NCBI GenBank assembly: GCA_965240325.2
Contig: OZ251239.1
Coordinates: forward strand, 248,001-312,000
Reading direction: 5' to 3'
DNA from: Rebecca billardiae RCC1528
Taxonomy: Eukaryota; Protista; Haptophyta
Length of the DNA: 64,000 nt
A program made the position numbers and the translations under genes. Shown piece after piece: positions 23,201 through 34,875 of this stretch (the stretch's first letter is position 1; the number at the start of each line of letters is the position of its first letter). Below the pieces are notes generated by a model. The model saw nothing but the letters and a program-made list of their open reading frames with translations. It was not told the origin of the DNA and ran no database searches.

Positions 23201-25713
23201 CTCGGCCGCTGGTCGCACCACGAGAAGCTGGTCGTGGTGGACGCGGAGCTCGCGTTCGTCGGCGGGCTGGACTTGTGCTACGGGCGGTACGACACGCCCG
23301 AGCACCCGCTCTTCGACCCGGCCGGCCGCACGTTCCCCTGGCTCGACTATCACAACCTGCGCCTCGAGCCACTCGGCGACGTGGTGGCATACGCACGCGA
23401 CGTGTTGCGGCGTGACGGCAGCGCGGGCGCGGCCGCGCTGCGCGCGTGCGCGTCGCGCGAGGGCGGCGAGGCCGCGGAGGGCGGCGGCGGCGGGGGCGCG
23501 GCGGCGGCGGCGGCGGCGGCGGCGGGCGCGGAGGGCGGGCGCGCGCAGCCGCGCATGCCCTTCCACGATGTGGCGTGCGCGATCACCGGCCGCGCGGTGC
23601 TCGACGTCGCCTGGCACTTCACGCAGCGCTGGAACTACGCCGCGCGAGTGAAGGCGATGGGGGTGCCACCGCTGGTCCCTCCGGAGCGGCAGCACTCGGG
23701 GCACGCGCAAAGGCTGCTCCGCGCGGTGGCGCGCGCGACGGCGCGGCCCGAGCTGCGCGGCACGTGCAGCGTGCGCGCGTACCCCGTGAGCTGCCAGGTG
23801 CTCCGCTCCGTCGGCCGTTGGTCTGCGGGCTGCCCGACGGAGGCGTCCATTCTCACCGCCACCCTCTCACTGATTGCGGAGGCTGAGCGCTTTGTCTACC
23901 TCGAGAATCAGTTCTTCATCTCGTGCGCGCACGACGAGGCGGGCCAGGACGAGCCCACCAACCAGGCGCGCGCACACTGCCACGCCAGCGCAGCGCCGGC
24001 GCGCGCGCGCGCGCGCGCTCACCCGCCGACGTGCGCGCCCGCGCACGCTGCGATGCGCCGCTGACGGCTGCTGGCCTGCTGGCTGGCCGGTGTGCCGCGG
24101 GTGTGCGCACGCTGTCGCGCGCGCGGCGGCGCGCGCAGGTGGCTCGCGCGCTGTATGCGCGCATCATGCGCGCGGCGGCGGAGCAGAGGACGTTCCGCGT
24201 GATGGTGGTGGTGCCGCTCTTCCCCGTCGCGGGCGGGCACGCCGACCCCGAGCAGAAGTCGATGACGATCAACTTGCTGATGCACCAGCTGTACGCGACC
24301 ATCTCGCGCGGCGGTCGGTCGCTGCTCGAGCGGCTGCGCGCAGCGGGGCTCGAGCCCCGCGAGTACGTCGCTTTCTTCGGGCTGCGCACGCACGGCACGC
24401 TGAGCGCGGCGGGCGGCGGCGCGGGCGCGGGGCCGGCCTCGCCGCCCGCGGGCGCGTGCTGCGCCTCGCTCCCCTCCGCGCCCCGCGGGTTCGTCAACTA
24501 CAACGGCCCGCCGCCGGTCGTCGAGTCTGAACAGGTGTACGTGCACTCTAAGCTGATGATTACTGACGCGCGCTGCGTGCTGATTGGCTCGGCGAACATC
24601 AACGACCGCTCGCTGCTCGGGGAGCGGGACTCGGAGGTGAACGTGCTGCTGCGCGACGCGGACGAGGGGGGCGGCGGGCTCGGTGCCGCCGCGTCCGCCG
24701 CGGACGCCGCGGACGCGGCGGCCGGCGCGGCCGAGCGCGCTGGCGCGCCGCCGCCGCCGCCGCCGCGCGTCGGAGGCGGCGCGCCCAGCCTCGCGCGCAC
24801 GCTGCTCGCGCAGCTGCTCGTGGAGCACCTCGGGCTGGAGCGCGCGCCGGCGGAGCTGCGCGACGAGATCCTGCGCGACCCGGCGGGCGAGCGCGCGTGG
24901 GCGTCGGTCCGCGCCATCGCCGCGTCCAACACGCGCCTCTTTGACCGCGCGTTCCGCTGCGTGCCGATGGATGATGTGACGTCGTTCGCGCAGCTCGACG
25001 CGCTGCGGAGGGGGCGGCTGGGCGCGTCGGCGAGGCCCGCGGGCGGCGGCGCCGGGCGCGGGTGCTCGGGCTCGGGCACGCCCTCACTCAACTCCAGGCG
25101 CTCGTTCGGCTCGTCACTCTCTCAGACCGGGCGGGGCATGCTCCGCTCACTCGACACGGCGGCGCTGCGGCTCGCGCCTGCGCTGCTGCAGCAGCCCGAG
25201 CCGCGCGCCGCGGCGGCGCTCGGGTCCGAGTCGAGCGGCGGCGCGCCGGGGCCGCTGCGCCCGGCCGGGAGCGTGGCGCGCTGCTCGGCGCTCACGCTGC
25301 CCTCCGTGTACTCCTCCGAGGCCGAGCACTCCGACCGCTCGGTCGTGCCCGACGCCGCGGCGCTCGGCGCAGCCGGCGCGCTCCGCCCCCGCGCCGCCGA
25401 TGCCGACGCGGCGAGCGCGCAGCCGCCGCGCTCGCTCGCGCACGGCGTCGCCGAGGAGGCGGTGGACGAGCCGGACCCGCTGGGTGGGCTGGCGCCGGCG
25501 CTCGCCGACGTGGGCGACGCGTCGCTGCGGATGGACTACGCCGCGACCGCGCTCGGGCAGCACCTCAACGCCGCGGCGGCCGTGGACGTGTCGATGCTCG
25601 AGCTCGTGCAGGGCCACCTATGCGAGCTGCCGCTCGACTTCCTGCGCGACGAGCAGCTGCAGCCCGAGCACCCGAACAGCCTGATGCGCGAGCTCATCGA
25701 GACGGTGCAGTAG
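20297..25713 (+). CDS. PLD: Phospholipase D (PLD1/2, PX-PH-like class) with transmembrane segments in the N-terminal region
   Basis: Two HKD motifs: WSHHEKLVVVD..FVGGLDLCYGRYD and YVHSKLMITD..IGSANINDRS. Also WFVDG..YF, IADWWLTP, PRMPFHDV, FTQRWN, YLENQFF and RDSE. Exons 20297-23965 and 24139-25713 are joined by a GC-AG intron (EPTNQ|VARALYARI). Confidence 0.93.
22130..22186 (+). repeat. (GAG)19 poly-Glu tract within PLD
   Basis: Read directly from the sequence. Confidence 0.95.
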
Positions 25714-26276
25714 GCTGTAGGGCGGCGGAGCCGGGCCGGGCGGCCGTAGCACGTCCGTTTGGTGCGGGTAAAAATGTGCGCGGAAATCAAGCCGCATCAT
25801 ATTTTTTGAATGGGGTCGGAATTGAGTTGTCGTTCTCGAAGCTGCCTTTCCGCGATTGACTCCCAAAGCTTCCCGCTGCACTGATGAATAGGTGGTGTCA
25901 AACCAACTACCCAGATGCAATCAATCGTCGATATGTGGGCCCTCTCACGATCGTAGGGACTGAAATAGCGACCGTACTCACATATGGACATTTTCGGCCT
26001 GCGCCGATCGCAGCGACTCCAGAAGCCACCGATGAAGCTCGAATCATGTGAACAGAACGACAGAGTGGTCGCCAGGCGCCCTATGGGAATGTAAGAACCT
26101 CATTAAACTTTACCCGCCTATTTCGTCGATATGCGACGTCACCGCGCGTGCGTCGTCTTCGCGGCTGAACCAGATCTCGGAGATCATCAGGGGATCGAGC
26201 CCAGACGAGCGAGAGCGCCTTTCGCGCGGAGGGTTGGCACGGCACGCCCCCCTCTAAGCTCGGCGCGCGCCGAGCC

Positions 26277-29200
26277 ATGAGGGAGGACTTCCTCGTCATC
26301 TGCGACCCGGGTCCCGACCCAGATGACGTGAAAGGTGCGCCCCGCGCGCGCGGCGCGTGCGATCGCCGGGCCGCGCGCCGCCGTCTCGCTGAGCTCGCTC
26401 ACTCGCTTCCCCCGCGCGCCGCCGTGCCGTCCACGCGCCGCGGCTCGCGAACGCGCGCGTGCAGTCATCGTCACACTGGGTGTGCTACACAAGCAGCGCG
26501 CGGTGCGGCTGCGTGGCGTGATCGCGAACGGGAGCCAGGCGCCCGAGGACCGCGCCGCGCTCGCGGCGTGCGTGCTCACGCACGTCGGCGTCACCGGCGT
26601 CCCGGTCGGCGTGGGCGCGTGCGGCCCGGCCTACGAGGCCAAGCCGCACGAGTTCGCGCTGGAGGGGTACGAGGCGGTGAACCGCGCGGCGCGGCTGGTG
26701 GACGGCGCGCAGCTGCTCATGCGCCTGCTCCGCTCGGCGCGGCCGCGCTCGCTCACCGTCCTGTGCATCTCCTCGCTGCGCGACCTCGCGGACGCGATCG
26801 CGTCTGACCCCGAGCTCGTGCGGCGCGCGGTGTGCCGCGTGGGCGTGCAGGGCGGGCTGGAGCGCGACGCGTCGAGCCAGTCGGGCTGGGCGCCGGACAC
26901 GGCGCAGAACAACGTGTACGACATGGACGCGGCGCGCACCGTGTACGACTTCTGCCTGCTGCGCGCCGTGCCGCTCACGGTCGTGTCGCGCGACTGCGTG
27001 CCGCTGCTGCCGATGCAGCTGGCGCGCTCGTTCGCGCAGCGCACGCACTCGCCCGTGCTGCGGTACCTGGCGGACGCGCAGTTCCTCGGGCTGGAGGGGC
27101 TGTGGCAGAAGCTCTGCGCCGGCCAGCTCCCCGCGCGCTGCACCAAGCAGTGGTTCTTCCAGACCTTCTGCGGCGTCTCCGCCGAGCACTTCTCGCGGCG
27201 CCGGTACGAGCTGCTCGGGCCCGACGCGTCGATTCTGCACCACCTCAACGGTTTCGTCAAGCCGTATGACGTGGTGGCGCTGATGGCGGTGCTGCCGCAG
27301 ACGCGCGCGCACGTGCTCCCCGAGGGCGCTGCGTTCCACAGCGCCGCGCACCCCGCCGCCGCCTCGCGCACGCCGCCGCTCATGTCGATCTCGCTGCCGA
27401 TCTCGCCGGCGCGCGCGCTGCGTCTCTCGTGTGCCTCGCGCTCAGCGACCGGTGCGCTCGAGCTGGGCGTGGACGGCGGCGCGGAGGCGCCGCCGGTGCC
27501 GCCGCGCGGGATGGGCTGCGGCTCGAGCGCGCCGACGCTCGGCGGCTACCTCTCCCCCTCGCCCTGCCCCTCCACCGCCGCCACCTCCAGCTGCAGCGCC
27601 TCGCTGAGCGCGTCGGCCAACGCGTCCGGCCGGCCGAGCCCGCCGCCGCGCCGCCGCGGCTCGCGCACCGCCGACCTGCCGCCGCTCGGCGCGGGGCTGG
27701 AGTCGGCGGCGCCGCCCGTGCTCGAGGCGCAGCCGAGCGGCGGCAGCAGCACCGTCGGCGGCGCCGCCGCCGCGGGCGCCGCGCTCGACGAGCGCCACTG
27801 GCTGCTGCTGGACCCGCGCCACTGTGTGCCAGAGTCGATGGTACTTGTTTTACTCCGGGATATCTACCATGCGGTTTCGTTCGCCGGCGCGCCGGCGGCG
27901 CCGGGCGAGCGGCGGCGGCGGCGCGGCGAGGCGCGCGGCGCGGGGCGCGCGCATACGCCGCCCCGCGCGCGCATCGGCGAGACCGCCTTCCGCTCGGCGC
28001 GCGTCGCCTCGGCGGGCGGCGCGCACGCCGCGTTCGCGGCATGCCACGAGCTGCTGGGCACGCAGCGCACGTCCGGCGGCACGCTGACCGACCTGCAGAT
28101 CTGCGCGCTGCTCGAGGCGGCGCTCTCGCAGGCGCGGCGCGCGCAGAAGCGGCTGGCGGACGCGGCGGTGAGCGTCGGCGCCATTCTTTTCCTCCTCGCC
28201 ACCGCCGCCGCCATCGCCGACCAGGCCGTCGCCGCGCGCCGGCTCGCGAGCGCGCGCGCCGGCGCCGCCGAGATTGTGCATCTCGAGATCGCGCATCTCG
28301 CGCGCGCGCCCTTCTACGCGCTGCCCGCGGTGCTCGGGCTGCAGATCGTCCTCGTGGCGATGCCGCCGTCGGACGCGGCGCAGAGCCTTGCGCGCGCGGC
28401 GTGCGTCAGCGTCGGCGCGGCGGGCGCCACTTCCTGTGCGCTCGGCGCGTGGGCGATGAGCACGCGCCTGGGGCTCCACCGCAGCGCCTACTCGGCGGCC
28501 GTGCTGGCGCTCGCGGGCGGCCAGCTCGCGCTCGCGGCGTGCGTGCTCGCGTCGCTCGGCGCGCACTCGGCGCGGCTGTGGGCCCGGACGCACGAGCTGC
28601 TCGGCAGCCTGTGGCGCCACGTCGCCGCCGCCATCTTCGCCTTCGCCCTCCCGAGCGCCGCCATCTTCGCCGTCGTCGCCGCGGCGCAGGCTGCTGGGCT
28701 GCACGGCGCCGCGCCGCGCCGCGCGCTGCTGATCGCCGACCTTGGGGCGTGCGCGCTGCTCGCCGTCGCCGGCGCGCTGATGCTCAGCTCGGGGCGGCGC
28801 GCCGCGCTGCAGTCGTGGGTCGCGCGCAGGATCGGCGCGCGCGGCGAGCTCGCCGCGCTCGCGCCGCTGATTGGCTTCGGCTCGGACGAGGCCGTTGACG
28901 TGGCGGGTCTTGTCGGCCACGCGCGGCACGCGCTGTGCGGCGTGCGGCTGCGCCGCGGCTGCGAGGGCGAGCTGCGGCGCTGGTTCGGCGCGGACGGGGG
29001 CGTGGGCGCGGAGGGCGGCGGACGGGACGGGCGGCGGCGCGTCGGCTCGCCCGCGCGCGCGCGCGTCGGCGCCGCCGCTGCCGCCGTGCCCACCTCGCCG
29101 CAGCGCTCGCGCGTGGGTAGCGGCGGCGCCGACGCGCGCGGCGGCGCCATCGCCAACGCGGCTTGCGGCTACACCTGCCGCGTGCCGCCGCGGCCGGCGC

Positions 29201-30038
29201 ACGCGGGGCAGACGACGCCGCTGGCGACGTCGGCGAGCGGCACGCCGGGCGGCGCGACGCCGGCCAGCCTGGGCACACCCGCGTGCTCCACGCCCGCGCA
29301 GCGCTCTCGCTCGCCGAGCACGGGGCCCTGCAGCCGGCAGCCGTCCTGCCCCGCCAGCCGGACTCCCTCCGGGCCCAACTCCCGGCGTGGCTCCTACGGG
29401 ACGGTGCCGGCCGCGAGCGCCGTGGGCGCGCTCGGCCGCACGCGCGAGGAGGGCGAGGGCAGCGGCTCCAAGGCTTGCTCTCGTAAATCTTCGCGCTCGA
29501 GCAGCCTCTCAGGGGCGTCCACCATCGTGGGCGAGGCGATCGCCAAGATGCGCTCCTCCGCCAAGCTGCCCGGGTACGGCCGGCCAGCGGCGGCGCGCGG
29601 GCGAGCCGGCGGCGCGGCGGGCGCGGAGGAGGCGCTCGGCACGGACGAGGAGGGCGGCGCCGAGCGCGACGATGCGGAGGGGGACGCTGGCCGGGCGGAG
29701 CGAGGCGCGCCGCGCGCGCGCGTGCGCGTGCGCTCGCCCACGCGCGTGAGCACGCTCAAGAGCCGCATGTCCGCGCCCGCCCGGCTGCGCGCCACGCGCG
29801 GCACGGCGTCCGACGCGAGCCCCGAGCGGCCGGCCAACGGCGCGGCCGGCGGCGCGCGCGCGGACGCGGCCGCGGGAGTGCGCCCTGGCGGCGGCGGCGC
29901 AATGCACCCTTGTGCCTCCATGCCAGCAAGCATGGGCCGCGGCCGCGCGAGCGCCGCGGCCGGCGCCGCGCCGCCGCCCGACCCGTCGGGCACGCTGCCC
30001 GTGAGCGGCAGCTCCATCTTCGAGGCGTTCCGCTCGCT

Positions 30039-30069
<31 letters not shown>

Positions 30070-31224
30070 AGCGTTGGCAGCGGGCGCAGCTCGGCGCAGC
30101 TGCTCTCGCCGGGCGGCGGCGGCCGCGCGCCGCGCGGCCGCGAGGGCGTCGACTGGCGCGACCAGCTCCCGCGCGTGGACGCATTCGTCGTGCACTCGGA
30201 GGCGGACGACGGCGGCGCCAAGGCGGCCGCGCTCGCCGGGTGGTCCCGCGCGTTCCGCGCGCGCGAGGGGCGCTCGCCCGTCGTGTGGCTCGACGCGGCG
30301 TGCGCGCCCGACGGCCTTCCGCCGCACCGGCTGCTTGCGTACACGCCTGTGTTTCTCGCACGCAGTCGCTCGCTGCTGCTGCTCTGCGGGCCTCAGATCG
30401 TGGACTCGCTCTGGCCGGTGGCGCAGCTGTACTGCTGGCACGCGATGGGCGGCAGCTACCGCCACGTGGAGGTGCAGGTGATCGGCGGCGACGCGGCGAC
30501 GCGGCTCGAGGCGGTGGCGGCGCTGGACGCATTTCACGTCGCCATCGCACGCGCATCACCGCTCGCGGCGTGGGGCGGCGGCGGGTGGCACGGCGCGGGC
30601 GCGCTCGGCGGCGGCAGCGGCTCACGCTGCAGCCGGCTCAGCCATGAGCAGCGCAGCAGCGTCAGCAGCGCCGGCAGCAGCTTCCGAGGCGCCTCGCGCC
30701 TCTCCCGCAATCTCGCCAAGGCGCGCCGCCGGCTCGCGCACGCGGTCGAGCTCTCGGGCGCGCAGCTCTTCAACGAGCTCGTCCGCGAGTACGTGCCCGT
30801 GGTGCGCGCGGCCGCCGGCGCAACCGACGACGACGCGGCGGACGGCGAGACGGACACGGACACGTGCCGCGACGACGACACGCCCTTCGACACGGAGCTC
30901 GACGACGACGACCTGTCGATGTGCGACGAGGACGACCTGCTCGACGAGCTCGACGGCGACGCGTACGCGCGCAACACCGAGCGCGATCTCGAGATGCAGC
31001 AGATGGACGCAGTGATTGACGTGCGCGTCGGAGTCGTGCGGTCGGCGTGCGTGCCGCTGCCGAGCACGGCGCGCGCCTCAGCGCCGCTGCCGCCGAGGCA
31101 TCCTGGGCCGATCAGCAGGGAGCGCCCTGAGCCCTGGTCGGCGAGCCTCCCGGGGTCGAGCGAGCCGCCAGTGTCGTCGATCACGCGCGCCGCGTACTCG
31201 CGTCATCCGCAGGCAGCAACATGA
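26277..31224 (+). CDS. Nucleoside hydrolase-like / ~6TM / TIR(HET)-like fusion protein, copy B (catalytic Glu position is Gln)
   Basis: Exon 1 is 26277-26334 (MREDFLVICDPGPDPDDVK), then a GT-AG intron 26335-26464, then exon 2 to TGA 31224. Hydrolase motifs ISSLRD, VQGG, AQNNVYD, KPYD. About 6 TM helices at ~28160-28790. TIR-like domain at ~30170-30480: DAFVVHSEADD...VVWLDAAC...LLLLCGPQIVDSLWPVAQL. Confidence 0.87.
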
Positions 31225-31532
31225 ATGAGTGGGCTGCCGCAGCGTTCGGACTTCGGGCGCGTTCTGATGCGCCTGATGGCTGATTCAGTGATTGGCATCG
31301 GAAAACGACAGGCCAGGGTACGGACGGCCCGCGCGCGTTCAAGGCCGTTCGCCCAGGGTTCGGAATGGCGGGTGGGGGGCCAGATCATCTTCCGGCCAGC
31401 TTGTTCGTCGCCATGGTGCCGACGACCGGCGCTCGTGTCGAGGCCTTGTCGAGCATGGCGGCAGGCATCGTCAATGTATGCGCGACTGCTAGTAGTAGTA
31501 TATTTGTAGTATAGCTTAGTAGTATTAGCTGA

Positions 31533-33280
31533 CTGGAGATCGCGGCATCTCTGAAACGTGGCCTGTTGCAAATTGAATAAATACCAACAAATATGTGACG
31601 GCGACATCCCAGTGGGAATCCGCGTGACGCCCGGTTGGATGCAGAGTGTTCTCGACGAGGATGGCGTCTGGACCGCGGGGAACGCGATCGCTGCACCCCT
31701 GAGGTTGTCGTGAGTGCAGCAATCCACTTGCGCCAGGCTGGGGCGTGACCTACGTCGAGAACACTCTGCATCCAAGTGGGCACCCCCTCATGTCCAAGCA
31801 GAAGCAGAAGCTCTCCGCGCGCGGTCGACGCGGCAAGAAAGCTCAGAAGGGCTGGAGCTCAAGATTCAGCGCATGCTGCAGCCCGCAAGACGCGTGAGGA
31901 GGCGGGCACGAGGCGCTACGCAAGTCCCGGTCGACCTCGATCTCATCGTCCGAGTCCTCAGCTCCAGCGCCGGCCTTCCGCTGGAGCTGCGCCGTCACGT
32001 CGTGCGACGTGCCAGTCGTTGAGCTCGCTGAAGATGGGGCGGAGCGCGCAGGGACCGGATGTCGGGCGCATGTTGCGCGGGAGCGCGGCACGGCACGGTG
32101 CGCACGAGCACGGCCAGCGACACACCCACACGCGACCCGCCTGGTCGATGCGCAGGTTGTGGAAGCTCTTCCGGCTTGAGTGCGGGCGCGCTTCTCGTCG
32201 CGCGTCGCCGGGTCGATTGTGTCGTACCCCGGAAAGTCGCGGTGATCTCGGCGTAGGGTACCACCACACGATCGCGCGTCCTCGCGAGCTGCGCGCGCGT
32301 GCGGTTCATAATCAGCTCCGAGCCGCCCAGCTCCGTGTTCATCTGCTTGGCCGTCCCCAGCCAGCGCGCGATCTCCTCGGTGAAGCTGATAATGCGGGGC
32401 GCCCTCCTCGAGCGCCGCCGAGGCCCGAGCGCATCAGCTCCGGGTTGACACTGGCTCGCAGAGCGCTTCCTGGACGACCAGCAGCGACGCGTGGCACTCA
32501 TTGAGCCCGGTCACAACGGGGCCATCCCAGCCGTGGATTACGCCGGCGGCAACTAGTCTGATGACAGTGAATCCTACGAGTACTATCTCATTCTCTTGCA
32601 GTACTGTCCTGTTGAGCACCGTTCGGACACTGCGCCGTAAGCTTCTACTGATCCTCGACGCTTACCTCTAGACCCCGACACTGCTTTGGGGGCGTCTGGG
32701 GACTGATCGTGGCTGGCACCGAGGTGGTCGACTTCATCTACTTGGCTGGCGCACCTTCGACTCCTCCAATACCCAGTAGAAGTACCGCGAGCTCTCGTGG
32801 TGGCACTCCGAGGAGCGCTGCACCGCAAGGCGAGCGCAGATTGCAGATGGTGATTGCGAGCGCGCCCGCGGGCGAGACTACGCACAACTCGAGCACGATG
32901 GGGAAGGCGTTGAGGAAGATCCCGGTCGTTCTCTCGGCCGCAGACCACAGCATGATTCTCGACCAGATGGCTGAGCGCGCCGACGCGCTCGATCACAACT
33001 CGTGTCGGCACTGCACGCGGACGGCGTCGACGAGTGTCGACCTGACTGCCGAGCGTGCCGTGGCTGTATAGCATGCAGCGTGGCGCACACTCTGTCTAGA
33101 ACCGTAGGCAAGCGTCGACGCACGTCGTCTGGTGCGACGCGCGCCTCCTGAGCGCCTCCCGTGGCCGCCGCCGCAGCGCGGCAGCGGCCATCATGAAAAA
33201 AGTTCGCTCGCCGAAATTCCCTCCGATGTCGCGTTTGGTCTCACTTCAAAATGCAACAAGCCAATTGTGGCGATCTCCAG
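31533..33280. mobile_element. Degenerate DNA transposon-like element with imperfect TIRs and frameshifted coding remnants
   Basis: Left end ctggagatcgc...tggcctgttgcaaattgaa versus right end ttcaaaatgcaacaagcca...gcgatctccag. Broken minus-strand reading frames (e.g. FHNLRIDQAGRVWVCRWPCSCAPC). No clear TSD. Confidence 0.45.
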
Positions 33281-34875
33281 ATCTCCGACTCCAATAATAA
33301 AACTGTGCCCTGCAGCGGGCGGGGGGGTCGGCGGGCCGTGCCAGTGCTGTCGCAATGTTTCCTCGATCTACGGGTTCGCGTCTTTCCACAGCATTCGCTC
33401 GTGGCCGGGTGACGGACAGTCGGACCAGTGACACCTGTGACTCAGTTCTCCCACGCGGTGCGGTACGCGACCGCGTTCGCGCGCATCAGCGAGGCCCACC
33501 GACCCACGAGGGAATGTGCAGCACGCGGGGCGGGGCGGGTAGCCCGTTGCTCCGCGCGAGCGCGGGTACGCGCTGTATGTGCCGCATCTCGACCGCGATG
33601 GCGTAATCGAGCGCCTCGCCACCGACGAAGCCGCCAGAGTAGATCGTGTGCATGTCCTCCTGCCGCCAGCCGAGAGCGGTCGTCGCGAAGACGCTTGCCG
33701 ATGTCCGCTCCGGGCATGATGGGCTCGGCGCAGGCCGCGTTGACATCGTGCACGGCCGCCAGGCTGAGTACGAGCGCGTTGACGTTCACGCGGTCGTCGC
33801 TCTTCGCCTCTTCGACAGGTCTGGCGCCCGCGTGTTTGGCGGCACGAGGAGCTGTTGGTTGTGCGCGCACGCGCGCACAGCGACAGCGTGTGCCACTCGC
33901 GATCGAGAGTGGGCACGAGCTGCTCACGCAGGCACACGAATCGCAGCGCATCCGTCACCGGCGTGACGACGTCGGCCTCGTCCCGCAGCGCCTGCGCCAT
34001 GGACGAGGATAGCGCGGCGATGTTGCATGCTCGACGATTCATCTCTCTGCGGATGGCATCACGGGCTTGTCTGTGTCGCGCTGCGGCGAGGGTCGCCAAC
34101 TGGCGATGACGCGGTTGCTGCCACGGCGACAGACCCGGGAGGTGCGTGCGCTGCGCGTCGTACGCCGTTGGCGCTGCGCTTCCGTCGCATTGGTCATCGT
34201 CGACGCCATGCAGGCCGGACGTGTGCTTCGGCTGAGGGACCGCGAGCGAGCGACGCAGAGTCCGGCGCGCGGATTCCGGCGATCGAGTTCAGAAGGCCGC
34301 GCCAAATCTTGCGTCGCGTGCGATGGCGCTTCCCGCCCGCGAGACACCTCGTGATGAGGGCCTTTCCGCACCGAGCCCGACGCGCGGCGGTGGATCGCGC
34401 GAGGTGGCTGTCGTGCGCAGCGCTTGATGTTATGGCCCGTGCGAGCGCTCGATGTGCAAGTCGGGCGAGGATCGCCCCAGGTCGCACGATCGTGTCGACG
34501 CGCCGAGCGTGCCTGCAGACGCGTCGACTTTAGCCCGCGTTTGACCTGCACGCGAGACGACGAGGGCAGCAATCGCGAATCGGGCGAAAAGCCCCCTCGG
34601 GAGTCCTCTCACGATGTCCGCGCCGGCGTTGGATTTGGCGCGCGCCGCCCATGCGCTCCGCGCCATCGGGTAACTCTTTTTCGGCCGAGCGTCCCCAGTG
34701 GGAGCTGCGAGGGCGCCCGGTAGTGAGCGAAGCGATTTTCTTCTCTTTGCGAGGCGATCTTCTTTTTCCTTTTCTTCTTTTTCTTATCTTTTCCCCGGGC
34801 ACACTACGGCAGGGGCGGACCTACCTACCCGCCATAAATCGCGCGTGCGACGCGCGTTTGACATTGTCATCAATC

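Noticed and set aside
25761-26120. Possible MITE between PLD and gene B (gcgggtaaa/tttacccgc)
   Set aside because: Only a 9-bp inverted match and no TSD.
26335-26464. N-terminus of the 1629-aa ORF
   Set aside because: It is an intron. The real first exon with DPGPDPDD starts at 26277.
20297-31224. PLD plus TIR as a prokaryote-style defence operon with a PLD nuclease
   Set aside because: This is a eukaryotic lipid PLD1/2-type enzyme with an intron. Adjacency alone does not show functional linkage.
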